From Octopus sinensis (Eukaryota), in assembly GCF_006345805.1 (NCBI RefSeq), contig NC_043010.1:51398001-51462000 (forward strand): a stretch of 64,000 bases of DNA, given 5' to 3'. Under the pieces are notes generated by a model. It did not search any database. It was given only the letters and a program-made list of their open reading frames with translations, and was not told the origin of the DNA. This document shows, piece by piece, positions 10,301 through 23,146 of the stretch. Each line of letters opens with the position of its first letter. The stretch's first letter is position 1. A program made the translations under genes and the position numbers.

Positions 10301-13290
10301 TTCTCGTCAGCTGTACCTATTCTGTGCATACTTCATCCTCTGTCCAGTTGCGCTTTCCTCTTTCCTTAGACTGACCATTTTACCTAAATTGACATATCAG
10401 CAATCCTTCAAGATGGAACTGAAGCACAAGGCCCAACCATCTCCAGATCCCCTTCATTACTTCCTCTTGAGGAATAACTGAATGGAATAACTGAATCGAT
10501 GGAACATCAGAAAAAAAATTGCCTTGTAATATTTGTTCCAGCTCCTTACACTGAGTTCTGATGACACTGAGATCAATTTTACTTTTCATTCCTCCAGAGT
10601 GGGGGAAGAGATCGATAAAATAAAGTCCCAGTCAAGTACTGGGGTTGATATAACTGACCAACCATCTTCCCCTAAAATTGCTGGTCTTCTTCTTGTCTTG
10701 CAACGGCATTCACCCATGAGGAGTTAAGCCAGCTTCCTATTGAGTTCACTGCATCATGGGTCAAGGCAGTTCATGCACATCATCTGGTAACTGATTCTGC
10801 AACATGTTGAAGCCATTTTCGGTTCCATTGACAAATGCCAAAGACTCAAGGGCCATAAACGAGCTCCATATCTGCCCAACCTTTGACCTCATCATGGTGG
10901 GAAAGTTAAACGAGTGAGTGTCAAAGCCATGCTGCCAGGAACTTTGAGTCGCCGGTAGGGCCACCCAAGGTGGACAGGTCTGACACCGGTGATGCTAGGG
11001 CTGCAACCTCACTAACTGAAGGGTAATGGTGAATTCCAGGTGGCATCTGTTCTGGAAACCAGCAGCTTCCTGGTGGTGTTGGATCACATCTTCAGACATC
11101 CTGCAGTGAGAAGGTGTACCACAGAAGCCTGGTGTCATGTATGATGGCCTACAAATACAGACAGGAACTGTGTTTGAGGGCCCCAATTATCCCATGAAAT
11201 GCTTATGAACTTGCAACAAAACATAAGATTGTTGGCCTTGTTCCTGAATCAAAAACATTTCTTCCTCCTATATACAGTACTTTTATTAAGTTTCAAACCA
11301 TTTCATTTCTCACAAGCTGATGGAGTAAGTCAAAGAAATGGGTCGCACACAAGACATGATCCCATTGAAGTGAGATGTAAAGGGTTTGTAGGTCAGTCCC
11401 TCTGCTGAGCCTACAAATATGCAGGGCATCATAGGAACCAGTGGGCCAAGTTGGCTCTGAAGGCAGCAAGGCTTGCCTCAGGGTAGCTATGAATTAGATG
11501 TGAGCCCAGGAAAGGGTAATACTAACTTGATACAGGCAGGGTTTTGATCCACCCTAGTCAGGTCACCTGGACAGGTATGTCTAAGAGCCAAAATACCCAG
11601 TGATTCCAGGAAATATCACTGATGATGTGTCCAGGTACATCACAGGATGAATACTGTATGGAAAAACAAAGACATATAACTATAATTTGAATGCTATATC
11701 TTGACTCTCTTCCATATCTGAAAAAACTTTTTACAGGTGATATATACAGTTTATTGTGAAGGTGTATAGCTTGGTTAGAGCGCCGGGCTGACAATCATGA
11801 GGTAGTTTCTCAGACTGGGCTCTCTGTTGTATTCTTGAGTAAGACACTTTGTTTCACGTTGCTCCAGTTCATTCAACTATAGATAATTTATGTTCCTGAC
11901 ACCAGCTTAATAATCCTTTCTACTAAAGGCACAATGCCAGAAATTTTGTGGGAGGGGACTAGTCAATTACATTGACCCCAGTGTTTCACTGGTACTTAAT
12001 TTATCAATTCCGAAAGGATAAAAGGCAAAGTTAACCCCAGTGGAATTTGAACTCAGAATGTAAAGATGGACAAAATATCACTTGCATTTTGCTTGGTATG
12101 TTAACGATCCTGCCAGCTTGCTGCCTTACATCAGCTTAATAATGAGTTTTTTTTTTAAAGTAAATTCTTCATTACTTTCAAAATTAATTGAAACAATGGC
12201 CAAGTATTTGATCAGAAATATGGCACTGTCGGATATGACAACAAGGATTTCAGTTGATTTGATCAACAGCTTGCTCATGAAATTAATGTGCAAGTGGCCG
12301 AGTACTCCACAGACATGAATACTCTTAATGTAGTTCTCAGGGTGATCCAACATGACATGGAATGTGACAATACTGCCCCTTTGAAATACAGGTACTACTC
12401 ATTTTTGCCAGGTGAGTGGACTGGAGCAACATGAAATAAAGGGTCTTATTCAAAGACACGATATACCACTGGGAATTGAACTCACAACCTCATGATCGTA
12501 AGCCAAATACCCTAACCACTAAGCAATACGCAATCACTAGAAATATGGTAACAAAAATGTTAAAGTAATAATTCTTTTCCATAACAGAAATTCAAAGAAT
12601 TTTTTTTTTATAAAGTTAACGTAGGTTAACTTACACTTTGCTTTTTATTTTTCACAAAATAACAGATTTAGAAGAAAAAATTATTTTGGATATGTGGCCC
12701 TTGTTAAATAGCAAATGCACCACACTGCTATAATTCTGTAGATATTTCTCCATCAATGAAGTTTTGAATTCACCGAGACACAGTGCTTTCCAATATCAAA
12801 TATCTTACTTCTTTGATCCAAGCCTCTTGTTTTTCAGCTTCTCTGTTTTACACAGATCCAACATCTAGCTCCTCTTTCTTCTACCTCCCTAATTAAAGTT
12901 CATTGCTCTCCAGTTTCTTCTCTTTTCAAGTCTTAACCCTTTCAACTCGTAGGTCTACTATCCTTCCGTTAGTCTATTGCTTCCTTGAGCATAGGCTGTT
13001 GGTGACTTTCCACCATACTTCTCAAGTTTTCAGCTACCTTTCAAATTTTGCTACACTGCAGCAGGTTTCCCTGAGAGAAGGCCTTCATCTGCCAGGTCTT
13101 GTTGGTTTTGAATTGTCATTGGTGTTTCTTTAACTTTTACTTTTTACTAGATCAATGCTCAAGCAAAAAGGACTGATTGATTCAATAGCAGAGCCCTGAG
13201 AACCATCAAGAACACTAGATGGTACCATCACATTTCCAACCGAGAACATATCAGCCCAAGCATCCCACCACACAGTTATATGCCATATGC

Positions 13291-13644
13291 TCTGGTACTG
13301 ACATATCCTCTGCCTTATGTGCTGGTACGGACATGTTTTCCACTGTATGCACTGGTACGGACATGTCCTCCATTGTATGCACTGGTACGGACATGTCCTG
13401 CACCGTATGCACTGGTAAGGACATGTCCTCCACCGTATGCACTGGTAAGGACATGTCCTCCACCGTATGCACTGGTAAGGACATGTCCTCCACCGTATGC
13501 ACTGGTAAGGACATGTCTTTCACCGTATGCACTGGTAAGGATGTCTTTCACCGTATGCACTAGTAAGGACATGTCCTCCCCCGTATGCACTGGTAAGGAC
13601 ATGTCCTCCACCGTATGCACTGGTAAAGACATGTCCTCCACCAT
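13291..13644. repeat. 30-bp minisatellite, about 12 units (actggtaaggacatgtcctccaccgtatgc)
   Basis: Period of 30 read directly; unit 9 is 28 bp. Confidence 0.97.
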
Positions 13645-16120
13645 TTGAACTGATACAGACATTCTTCCGCCTCCTGCTAAATCATCCAGTCAGAACCTAT
13701 TATCTACTCAAGCTTACCCTACTGATGCAGATTGCCCAGTGTTTCTGAATCTGTCTAGCTTTTATCCTGAAGTTACTGGCCACTTGTCTATGTTGAGAAC
13801 ACTTCTCAGAAGGGAAAGAATGTAGAATTCACATTCTATTTCCAGGTGACTCTATCCTGAAGCTGGTGCAGATGATTTGGTCATTTGCATGACAGAACTC
13901 CAAGAGCTTCAACACACAAATATATTATTCTTCTACTTTTCACCCATTCTCTACTGCCAGTCATCACTACTTCTCCCCACTGATCCATTTTTAATGATAT
14001 ACCTCCAGCTTATATTTACTATCAGCTCCCTCTCCACCCTTGTTCACCATTTGCCCCTACCCCCATTTCTCTCAATGTTTAACCAGCCATCCTGATCTTG
14101 TCCCCATACTCTCTTCTATTTATCTTTTTGTACCTCGAGGGCATGCTCTGTAAACCTTGTAACAAACTTTCTCTTTCTAGTTCCACTCCAATTACTCCCA
14201 CCCACCTTTATGTAATGTGAGAAGCTTTGTATCACCTCTGCAGCAAGAAACCTGTTCCTCTCCTCTTATACTTTATCCCCTTAACATCAAGCATAAAACC
14301 ACCTCTCTCTCTCTCTCTTTCTCTACTATACTCTCACTCAGTCTAGTGGGCTCTATAGTCTTGCAAGTTACATGGCACACTCACCAGTGCTGGTGCCATG
14401 AAAAAAAATAGAAGCACCCAGTATACACTATAAAGTGGCTGGCATTAGGGAAGGCATCTAATCAGAGAAACCATGTCAAAGCAGACATTGGAGTACAATA
14501 CAGGCCTCCAGCTTAGTGAGATACTGTTGAAATGTCAACACATACCAACATGAAAGACAGGCATTAAATGATGTGCATGTGTCAGAGGGAACTTGTGGAT
14601 GCAAGTTTTCTATGGCTGGATGCCCTTCCTGCCATCAACCTTCACCGGTTTCCAAGCGAGGTAATATTTCCCCATGGCCAGACATGTTTTCATAGAAGAT
14701 CGGAAACAAAGGACACCATTTGCATGATGATATTTGCAGCTATCATGCAATGCCAAGGCAAGGAAACCTAAACACACACACATACAAAACAGGTTTCTGT
14801 CTCAGTGGGATTTGATTTCAGAACATTAAGAGCTGTGACTAAATACTATCAGGTATTTTGTCTCATGCTAAGACAATTCTGCCAATTTTACATTAATAAC
14901 CATTTAAAATGTCGGCACAGTGTTGGTTTGTTTACATTCCATCTACAAAAAGACACCTATTTCTGTCACACTAACCTTCCATCATCAGACACAAGATTAC
15001 CTCCTTCAATGCCCCCTCCCATCTCTAAAATTCCTTGTCTTCTAATTCATTTGGTGACCCTGCCGGTGCTGGTGTCACATAAAAGCATCCAGTTCATACT
15101 GTGAAGTGGTTGGCATTTGGAAGGGCATCCAGTAGTAAAAACCATGCCAAAACTGACCTCACCTGTGCTGGTGCCACATAAAGAACACACAGTCCACCCT
15201 ACAGACAATTCTGCCAATTTACATTAATAACCATTTAAAATGTCAGCACAAGGCCAGCAATTTTAAGTGGGGGGTAAGTCAATTACATCAATCCATGTAC
15301 TGAACTGCTACTACATTTTATTGACCTTCAAAGGAAGAAAAGCAAAACTGACCGCAGTAGGATTTGAACTCAGACCACAAAGAGTCAGAAAGTAAGCTGC
15401 TATACATTTTACCAGCTCATCACCCTCCAATCTACATCAATAACAATAACACATTTTAAATTAATTTTATGTCTAGGATTTATTAAATCTGAAATAAGAA
15501 ATGAATTCTTCTTGGTTCTTATTTTCTTCAACATTGGCATGTGTTTAATCACTACTCTTCATGAATAACACTTACCATTCCAGGCTAGCGGTTTTGCCAT
15601 TTGGATTGTGGTGCTGGAGTTGAGGATCGAGTGTTTTGACAGCTGGTTTGTTTTTATTATTTGTTCTTCCATGAAGGCACATGGCTCAGTGGTTAGAGCA
15701 TTGAGCTCACAATCGTAAGTTAGGGAGTTCGATTCCTGGACCAGGCTATGTGTTGTGCTCTTAAGCAAAGCACTTTATTTTCATGTTGCTCCAGTTCACT
15801 CAGTTGTAGAAATGAGTTGCAACATCACTGATGCCAAGCTGTACCAGCCTTTGCCTTTCCCTTGGACAACATTAATGGCATGGAGAGGGGAGGCAACTGC
15901 TGGTCTTCCGTAAACAACCTTGTCTAGACTTGTGCATCGGAGGGTCACTTTCTAGGTGCACTCCAATGGCCATTCATGACTGAAGGGGAATCTTTACCCT
16001 TAGTGCTATCCCACCATTTTATACACAATTCATCGTGGGTTTGACTTTTGTGCCTTTTATCACACTGGCATGGGTTAGCTGAAACTTGACGATTTTCTAT
16101 TTTCTACGGCTGAATGCTTT

Positions 16121-16506
16121 TACTCTTACTCTTTTACTTGTTTCAGTCATTTGACTGCGGCCATGCTGGAGCACCGCCTTTTGATCAAGCAACTCGACCC
16201 CGGGACTTATTCTTTGTAAGCCCAGTACTTATTCTATCGATCTCTTTTGCCGAACCGCTAAGTAACGGGGACATAAATACACCAGCATCGGTTGTCAAGC
16301 AATGCTAGGGGGACAAACACACACATATATATATACATATATACAACAGGCTTCTTTCAGTTTCCGTCTACCAAATCCACTCACAAGGCTTTGGTTGGCC
16401 CAAGGCTATAGTAGAAGACACTTGCCCAAGGTGCCATGCAGTGGGACTGAACCCGGAACCATGTGATTGGTAAACAAGCTACTTACCACACAGCCACTCC
16501 TGTGCC
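16121..16506 (-). mobile_element. SINE family A, full length
   Basis: Same head, microsatellite and tail organisation. Confidence 0.9.
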
Positions 16507-16926
16507 TTTTTGTGTGATATATTTTACAAGTGAAGCAATTTCTATTTTTCTTTCCAATGGTTTTCAAACACTGAATGCTCAAACTATGGGTTTCTTTGTT
16601 ATTGCTTACAGGAGACTGTAAACAAAAACAATTATGGCTGTGTGTTGAAGAACCTTGCTTCTCAACCATGTGATTTTCAGTTTGGTCCTACTGCATGGCA
16701 CATTGGGCAAGTGTCTTCTACTGTAGTCCTGGGTCAACCAAAACCTTGTGAATGGATTTGGTATACAGCCTACCAGATGCTAGAAGCTTATGGAGTCATC
16801 AGGAGAGAATATGCAGTTTCAGGTCCTTCCTCTTGATGTCTTTATTGTGCCCCTCTCTCACCAAGATGATGCCCTGCTTGCTAGATCATCTGGTTACTAG
16901 GTTTCATTTAATATTCTTCTAACCAC

Positions 16927-17160
16927 AGGATGGTGAGCTGGCACAATCGTTAGCACACCGGGCGAAATGCCTAGTGGTATTTCGTCTGCTGTTACACTCG
17001 GAGTTCAAATTCCACTCTGGTCGACTTCACCTTTCATCCTTTCAGCGTCGATTAAATAACTACCAGTTACGCACTGGGTTCGATGTAATTAACTTAATCC
17101 CTTTGTCTGTCCTTGTTTGTCTCCTATATGTTTAGCCCCCTGTGGGCAATAAAGAAATAT
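16927..17160 (+). mobile_element. tRNA-derived SINE family C with LINE-like tail and 17-bp TSD
   Basis: Head ggcg(g/a)gctggcagaa...gagttcaaattcc; tail tttgtctgtccttgtttgtc...gggcaataaagaaata; TSD aatattcttcta(a/g)ccac at 16910 and 17156. Confidence 0.88.
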
Positions 17161-17220
17161 TCTTCTAGCCACTGCTCATTGACTCTTAACCAAATCCTGT
17201 AGTTTGCCTTCTCCACTACA

Positions 17221-17610
17221 TCATCATCATCGTTTAACGTCCGTTTTCCATGCTAGCATGGGTTGGACGGTTCGACCGGGGTCTGGGAAGTCAGGAGGAT
17301 GCACCAGGCTCCAGTCTGATCTGGTAGTGTTTCTACAGCTGGATGCCCTTCCTAATGCCAACCACTCCGTAAGTGTAGTGGGTGCTTTTTACGTGCCAGG
17401 GGAGGCTGGCATCAGCCACGTCAGATGGTGCTTTTTACGTGCCACCAGCACAGGTATCACAACTACAATTTCTATTTGATATTTATTTTGATGTTGATGT
17501 ACTTGACTCAATAGGTGTCTTCAAGTACAGCAGGTCACGTGCCACCGGCACAGAAGCCAGTCAAGGCGGCGCTGGCACCGGCCACGTTCAGATGGTGCTT
17601 TTTATGTAGC
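17221..17610 (-). mobile_element. Family D retroposon 3' module ending in (GAT)n (copies at about 14370-14570, 30770-30970, 31815-32180, 41655-41880, 45560-45720, 50330-50700, 54030-54240, 56960-57310, 59870-60005, 60110-60480)
   Basis: Shared blocks ggttggc(a/g)ttaggaagggcatccagc, gtccaacccatgctagcatgga, gacgttaaacgatgatgatga. Confidence 0.8.
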
Positions 17611-19377
17611 TTCAAAATTTTGATGATGTGATTGTTTATTTTTAGAATGACATTGAAGAGTAGGTGTGATAGTTTGGATCTGGCAGGATTGAACATAAAA
17701 CAGGTAGCATATTTGGGCCTGTTATGGCCAGTTTAAATGCTACAGGATTACGGTAAGGGCTTGCTGGCAGTTGAGTACAGACACTATGTCACCCACAACA
17801 TAATCACAAGCCAATGAAAGAATTTCTATATGGTTGATTCAATGCCAGATTTAGCAACCAAATCTCCCTCAAGTTGCAACTTATTATGTAAAAAGATTAT
17901 AAAAAAAAAGGAGGGGGAAACATTGAACAGTGCAATCGGGATTGTCATGGATGGAATGCCTTTGAGCACAGATTTGCTTGACTGATCAGGACTGCAACAA
18001 TAACAGCTACAATAGCAACATGGATGAGCGTAATAAATATCTGTATCATGCTACTTGAACCTGAGGCAAAAGCATTTAAACTTTTAGCTTTCAAATTTCT
18101 CTATCAAATGTAATGCTTATTTATTCAAATAGTTTTGAATTAATCATGTGTTAACTTATATCTTTGATATTTCAATGATGCAATTGTTTATTTTTAGAAT
18201 GACATTGTGAGATAGGTGTGAAAGGCCAGATCTGGCTGGTTTCAATACAAAACAGAATATCTGGGTTTAATATAGCAGGTTTAAACACCTCTTGATGTTC
18301 CAGCCAACTTAAACAGCAGTTTGGTGAGGGTAGAGAGAGAGAGAGGGAGGAAGACACAGTTCATTGCTGTAAGTAGTAGTAATACTATATAATTCACAAG
18401 TGTTTTTGAAACTTTTCATACTCAGCTGAAATACATACGTAGCTTTAGACAAGGTTTATAATGTCTGTCACATTTATATGCCAGACAGATTACATACATG
18501 AAAAGTCTTCAGTGATTACCCAAAAAAATTTCTGTGTAAGCCACAGCTCGTTAAAATCATTAGAGGCTGTAGGCTTATTAGCTAATGCCCAAATGTGATT
18601 AGGTAGGACAAAGAAATACAAGCAAAGAAGAAATTCCAGAGGAGCAACACTCCAGAAAGACTACACATAGGGGTTAGTGTAGGGACAAGGGAAACACTAG
18701 GCACAGTATAAATAACAACAGGAGGAGAGGTGAGTTGTGAGTACCCGAATGAAGGTAACATTAGACCAGTCTGCTGTTGTGAGGACCAGAAGCCATTGTA
18801 GTAGATATAGTAAAAAACCAAAAACAAAAGGGCAGGTGGAGAGGACACAGAACGCTTCTGTGTCAAAGGTTGGTATGTGCTGATGAGAAGCTTCAAACCA
18901 AAGATACTGAATAAAGGAACTGGTTTTGTTGGCTTTAAATTTTTCAGATTAGAGGCACAAGTACTGTGAATAAAACACTTGATAGATTTACTAGTAGACT
19001 GGTATTCTAATTCATGAGAGAGAGGGAGAGAGAGTGTGTGTGTGTGTGTTGTGTTGTTCTTATTTAGTTTCTGGGTGAGATTATTTTAAAGAACTGTTAA
19101 AGACGCTTTGTTTGAAATAATTGAAATCACGTAATCATCCCGGAGCAGGGCCGGGGTGACCATTTCACCTTCATTGTAATATTTTCATTTTTCATGTGTT
19201 AATTGTCCCCGCATGTGTGTTTGTTCCCTCTATGTCGGCCCCTTGTGGGTAATAAAAAAAATCATCTTATTTAGCATCTGGGCGAGACTTAACTAAACAG
19301 AACTATCATTACCAAATGTTACCTTTGTGGTTGTCAGATGCTCAACACTGAACAAAACAGATTTGAGGGGAATTTAA

Positions 19378-19598
19378 CCCTTTAGTGTTTGCATTATTCT
19401 GCCAAAACTAATGCTTTTTTATCCACATTGTTTTGAACTAATTGTGCATTATCTTGTTGTGATGAGATTTTGATGAGGTAGCTGTTAATTTTTAAAATGA
19501 CATTGTAGGGTTGGTGTGAGAGACCAGATATAGCCAGTTTGAACATAAAACAGGCAGAATACTTTTGGCCGGATATGGCTGGTTTAAATGCTAAAGGG
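19378..19598 (+). mobile_element. piggyBac-like MITE, family 2
   Basis: TTAA|ccctttag ... ctaaaggg|TTAA; internal ccagat...gaacataaaacagg block; partial copies at about 17610-17745, 18075-18285, 20160-20300. Confidence 0.8.
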
Positions 19599-21989
19599 TT
19601 AATCTAGTGAATAGTAACATTGATTATTTTATAATAGTCTTTTTCTTCTTTTTTTCAAAATAACAAGGGTACCATTTGATGGAGACTTGGCTGCTATTTC
19701 TTGTAGGTCTAGTGACCATCTGGTAGCTCCATCACTGCTTTGAGAATATGTGTGTGTGTGTGTGTGTACAGGGGTAAGATTGAGGGGCACTATTTCTCAA
19801 CCACTTAACGTCAAGTATAGTAGGATCTACCACCTGAACTGATGTCAGTGGATGAAAAGAGAAAATAAAATTAGAAACATGGATGGAAAAAACAAAACAA
19901 AACATAACAAATCTTTTACAGGTATTGCTTAGGATTTTATATGGGTTTTAGACTGTGGTATACACTGCAAATGTAGGAGAACAGCATCAACAAAGGTTAA
20001 CAGCAGCTGAATTCTCCTTATGAAAAATGGTACAATAATGACGATTTCTAAAAAACACATAAGATCACATTATTAGGGTATATAGTTAATTACACTGATA
20101 ACCCTCTATGCTTTAATCCTTCAGCTTTCTGATTTATCTGTTGAACATAATGCTTATTTATTCACGCTGTTTTGAGTTAATTGTACATTATCTCAGCTAC
20201 AAGATTTCGATGATGTGATTTCGTTTTTAGAAGGACACTGGAGGGAAGGTGTGAGAGGCCAGATCTGGCCAATTTGTACATAAAACAGGTAAGGACCAGT
20301 TTAAATACTGACTTCAAATTTTGGCGCAAGGCCAGCAATTCCAAGGGATTGGGGTAAGTCGATGACATGGAATCCAGTGCTAAACCGGTACTTACTTTAG
20401 CAACCCTGAAAGGGATGAAAGGCAAAGTCAACTTTGGTAGAATTTGAACTTAGAACTTAAGGACAGATAAAATGCCACTAAGCATTCTGCCCACCATGCT
20501 AACAATTCTGCTAGCTCACCACCTTGATCAGTTTAAATATTGAAAGGTTAAATATTTGGTTAGTATGTATTTGGTCAGTATACCACAATCAAAGTCAGAT
20601 TTGAATCTAGAGCACAGATGGGTGTGACTGATATACCATTAATACCACAAATTGGCAAAATTGTTAGGGTATCAGACAAAACACCAAAACAATATCTATT
20701 CAGGTTCTTAACTTCCTGAGTTCAAACCCAGCTGACTTCAATTTTGTTTTTCATCCATTTGGGTTTAATAAATAAATTAGAGTACCAGTCCAGAATCGGG
20801 CAAAAAAATGCTTGGCAGTATTTGGTATTTTGTCCCGATTGCTCCTGCATGAGTGGTAAACTTGTCTATATCTAGTCAACAAGATGGTGTCTTGTAAGAA
20901 AATACTCAAAGAAAGGCATTAAGAAACCACCTCTGTGTTCTCATAAGAAAATTTTGTGACAAGCACATGGGATTTGTAAACTAAATCATCAGAGATTGTT
21001 TGTTGACCTGATGACATAAGAATGAAGAAAGAAAAATACCATTAGGTATTATTATATGTAGCACCGGACCGACTCCATTATCCACTGCCCTTGGAAATGA
21101 TATATTAAATAACATAGGTGTGTGGTTGAGAAGTTTGCATCTCAACCATGTGGCTTAAAGTTCAATCTTACTGTTTGTGATTGGCTTGCAATCATTGCAG
21201 CTTGTTGACATTTCCTGTCAACAAATCATCTGCTATCTCTGTGCTTTTGAGATTCCTCTGGAATGAAAAAAATAAAAAAAACAAGAGTCCCTTACTTGAA
21301 AAACAGATAAGGGTTGTCAACAATGTTAGCTCAAAATTTACTCCTCTCAAAACCATGCTAACATGGAAAGCCAGAGATTTTAAACAAAATGAAAAAAATG
21401 GAAATGCTAGTCAATGGGTGAGGTTTGAAAAATCATGATCATTGTCAGATGTTCAATATAGCATTGGTAATTTAAATGCATTATCTACGACAATTCTACG
21501 CAGAAAAAGTCTGTCTTGAGCCTCCAGGCTCATGAAGCTGGAACTTATCGGGTTTCAAGGGATCTGACCGACTGAAATAAACCCCTGAATGGGAAGCCAG
21601 TCTATCATAGGGTTAACTCTACAGATATCACAGCTACACATACTCAGCTGAAAGGATTGGAGCAATGTGATATGAAGTGCCCTGCTCAGGGACACAGTGT
21701 GCCACTTGGTCTGAGAATTAAACTTACAACCCAGCAATCACGAGCCCAACATCCTAATCACTAGGCCACAGATTTTCACTCTTTATACACAAAAAAAGTT
21801 TCTTTCCACTAGTAATTTCCTCACACCTTCAATCCTATAAAAAATTTTTTTTTTCATTTGTAATTTTTCCAACCTATTTTATTTAATATTTTTACAAAAT
21901 GTGTTTATTGAAATTAAATTATTGGAACAAGTATTCCTCTTTGTGCATGAATCTTCTCATTTTTACAGATAGACAATGAAATAGGCATG

Positions 21990-22400
21990 TATTATATACG
22001 GTTGCCATCACAAGGGCCAGTTCTTGTTGCAGTGTAGTGGGCCTTACTGGCCCCGAGAGCTATGCTAGCAGAGCACAAGTTCCTGGGAAGGCCTCCTATG
22101 CTGGACAGGTTAAAGGATAGAGGCCAAGTTTGCATAGGACCAACAACTCCACCTTGAAGAAAAATAAAAGTTACAGAAGCATCGATGACAATTTAAAAAT
22201 CAATAGGATCCAGGAGAGGAAGTCTTTCCCTCAAGGAAACGTGATGCGATGCAGCAAAATCTGAAAAGACAAGCAGGGATCCAACAGAAAAAGGGAAAGA
22301 AGAGACAGCCCTGATTCAAAAACAGTGGAGAAAAGTTATTAAAGGCTTACACTCCTCAAGGGAGTGAAGGGCTTAAGTAAATAAAGTAATGTATAAGTTG
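21990..22400 (+). mobile_element. Old unclassified LINE-like repeat; homologous segment inverted at 13038-13138
   Basis: About 100 bp align by eye between 22166-22267 (+) and 13038-13138 (-); no intact ORF. Confidence 0.45.
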
Positions 22401-22586
22401 GCTCTGAGACAGAACACAATTGACTTTAGCCAAAGATTGGAACTTTGAACAACATTTGCAATAGTCAATTACATAAATACCCAAACATTGCAGAGTAGGG
22501 GGGGGGAACAAAACAAAAAAAAAAACAACAGACAAATGAAAATAAAAACAACACTAAATATCCTCTTAAAAAGACATGAGATGATT

Positions 22587-22592
22587 TTTAAT
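22587..22592 (-). terminator. Candidate YLPM1 poly(A) signal (ATTAAA); distal AATAAA alternatives at 21904-21909 and 21878-21883
   Basis: ATTAAA about 150 nt after the stop, followed on the minus strand by a U/GU-rich tract (22560-22505). Confidence 0.45.
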
Positions 22593-22742
22593 ATGCAGAA
22601 GACAAATAAGTGTCTGGAAGTGTTGGGTGCTGATTGCGTTGTTTTTTTGTTATTTTAGGGTTTTTTTTTTTTTCATTGTTGTTGGTGGTGGTGGTGTTGT
22701 TGGAAATCATTGTAAAATGTTTAAATGTTGCAGTGTTACCTT

Positions 22743-22889
22743 CTAGATGTATTTGGTGCGGTTTAAGGCCCTATCAGCATAACTATCGTCAGTAATTTTG
22801 TCCCAGTCATGCTGAGTCTGGCCAACCACAAATCCCAGTTCTCGGCGGCGCAATTGTTGCTTACGTTCTTCCATATCGGCCCATCGTAC
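22743..22889 (-). CDS. YLPM1: YLPM1 last coding exon (VRWADMEERK...GFVVGQT...ALNRTKYI*)
   Basis: Acceptor tttctgtttcag; TAG at 22743-22745; C-terminus matches the remembered YLPM1 end. Confidence 0.96.
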   Translation of the reverse strand, partial: VRWADMEERKQQLRRRELGFVVGQTQHDWDKITDDSYADRALNRTKYI

Positions 22890-22931
22890 CTGAAACAGAA
22901 AAACCACAGTTGAAACAACACTACAATATAT

Positions 22932-23146
22932 ATGTTTCATTATTACCCACAAGGGGCTAAACACAGAGGGGACAAACAAGGACAGACAGACAGATTAAGT
23001 CGATTATATCGACCCCAGTGCATAACTGGTACTTAATTTATTGACCCCGAAAGGATGAAAGGGCAAAGTCGACCTAGGCGGAATTTGAACTCAGCGACAG
23101 ACGAAATACGGCTACGCATTTCGCCCGGCGTGCTAACGGTTCTGCC
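22932..23146 (-). mobile_element. SINE family C, slightly 5'-truncated, next to the last YLPM1 acceptor (alternative-tail copies at about 7190-7390, 7450-7600, 10520-10690, 11930-12130, 20320-20530, 24320-25130, 32250-32360, 40860-41050, 48696-48847, 49070-49270)
   Basis: Diagnostic blocks tgaaaggcaaagtcgacc, gaatttgaactcag, actggtacttaattt. Confidence 0.85.

Noticed and set aside
9612-10481. V/A/M-rich ORFs that look like membrane proteins
   Set aside because: Produced by GGT/GAT/GGC trinucleotide low complexity and open on both strands.
10700-11560. Protein-coding exons in a moderately GC-rich stretch
   Set aside because: Short ORFs with no recognisable domain or splice chain; more likely an old LINE-like relic that I could not classify.
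12760-13140. R2/Hero-type restriction-endonuclease LINE C-terminus
   Set aside because: Peptide resemblance was fragmentary and spread over several frames; the segment is better explained as the repeat family also seen at 22.2 kb.
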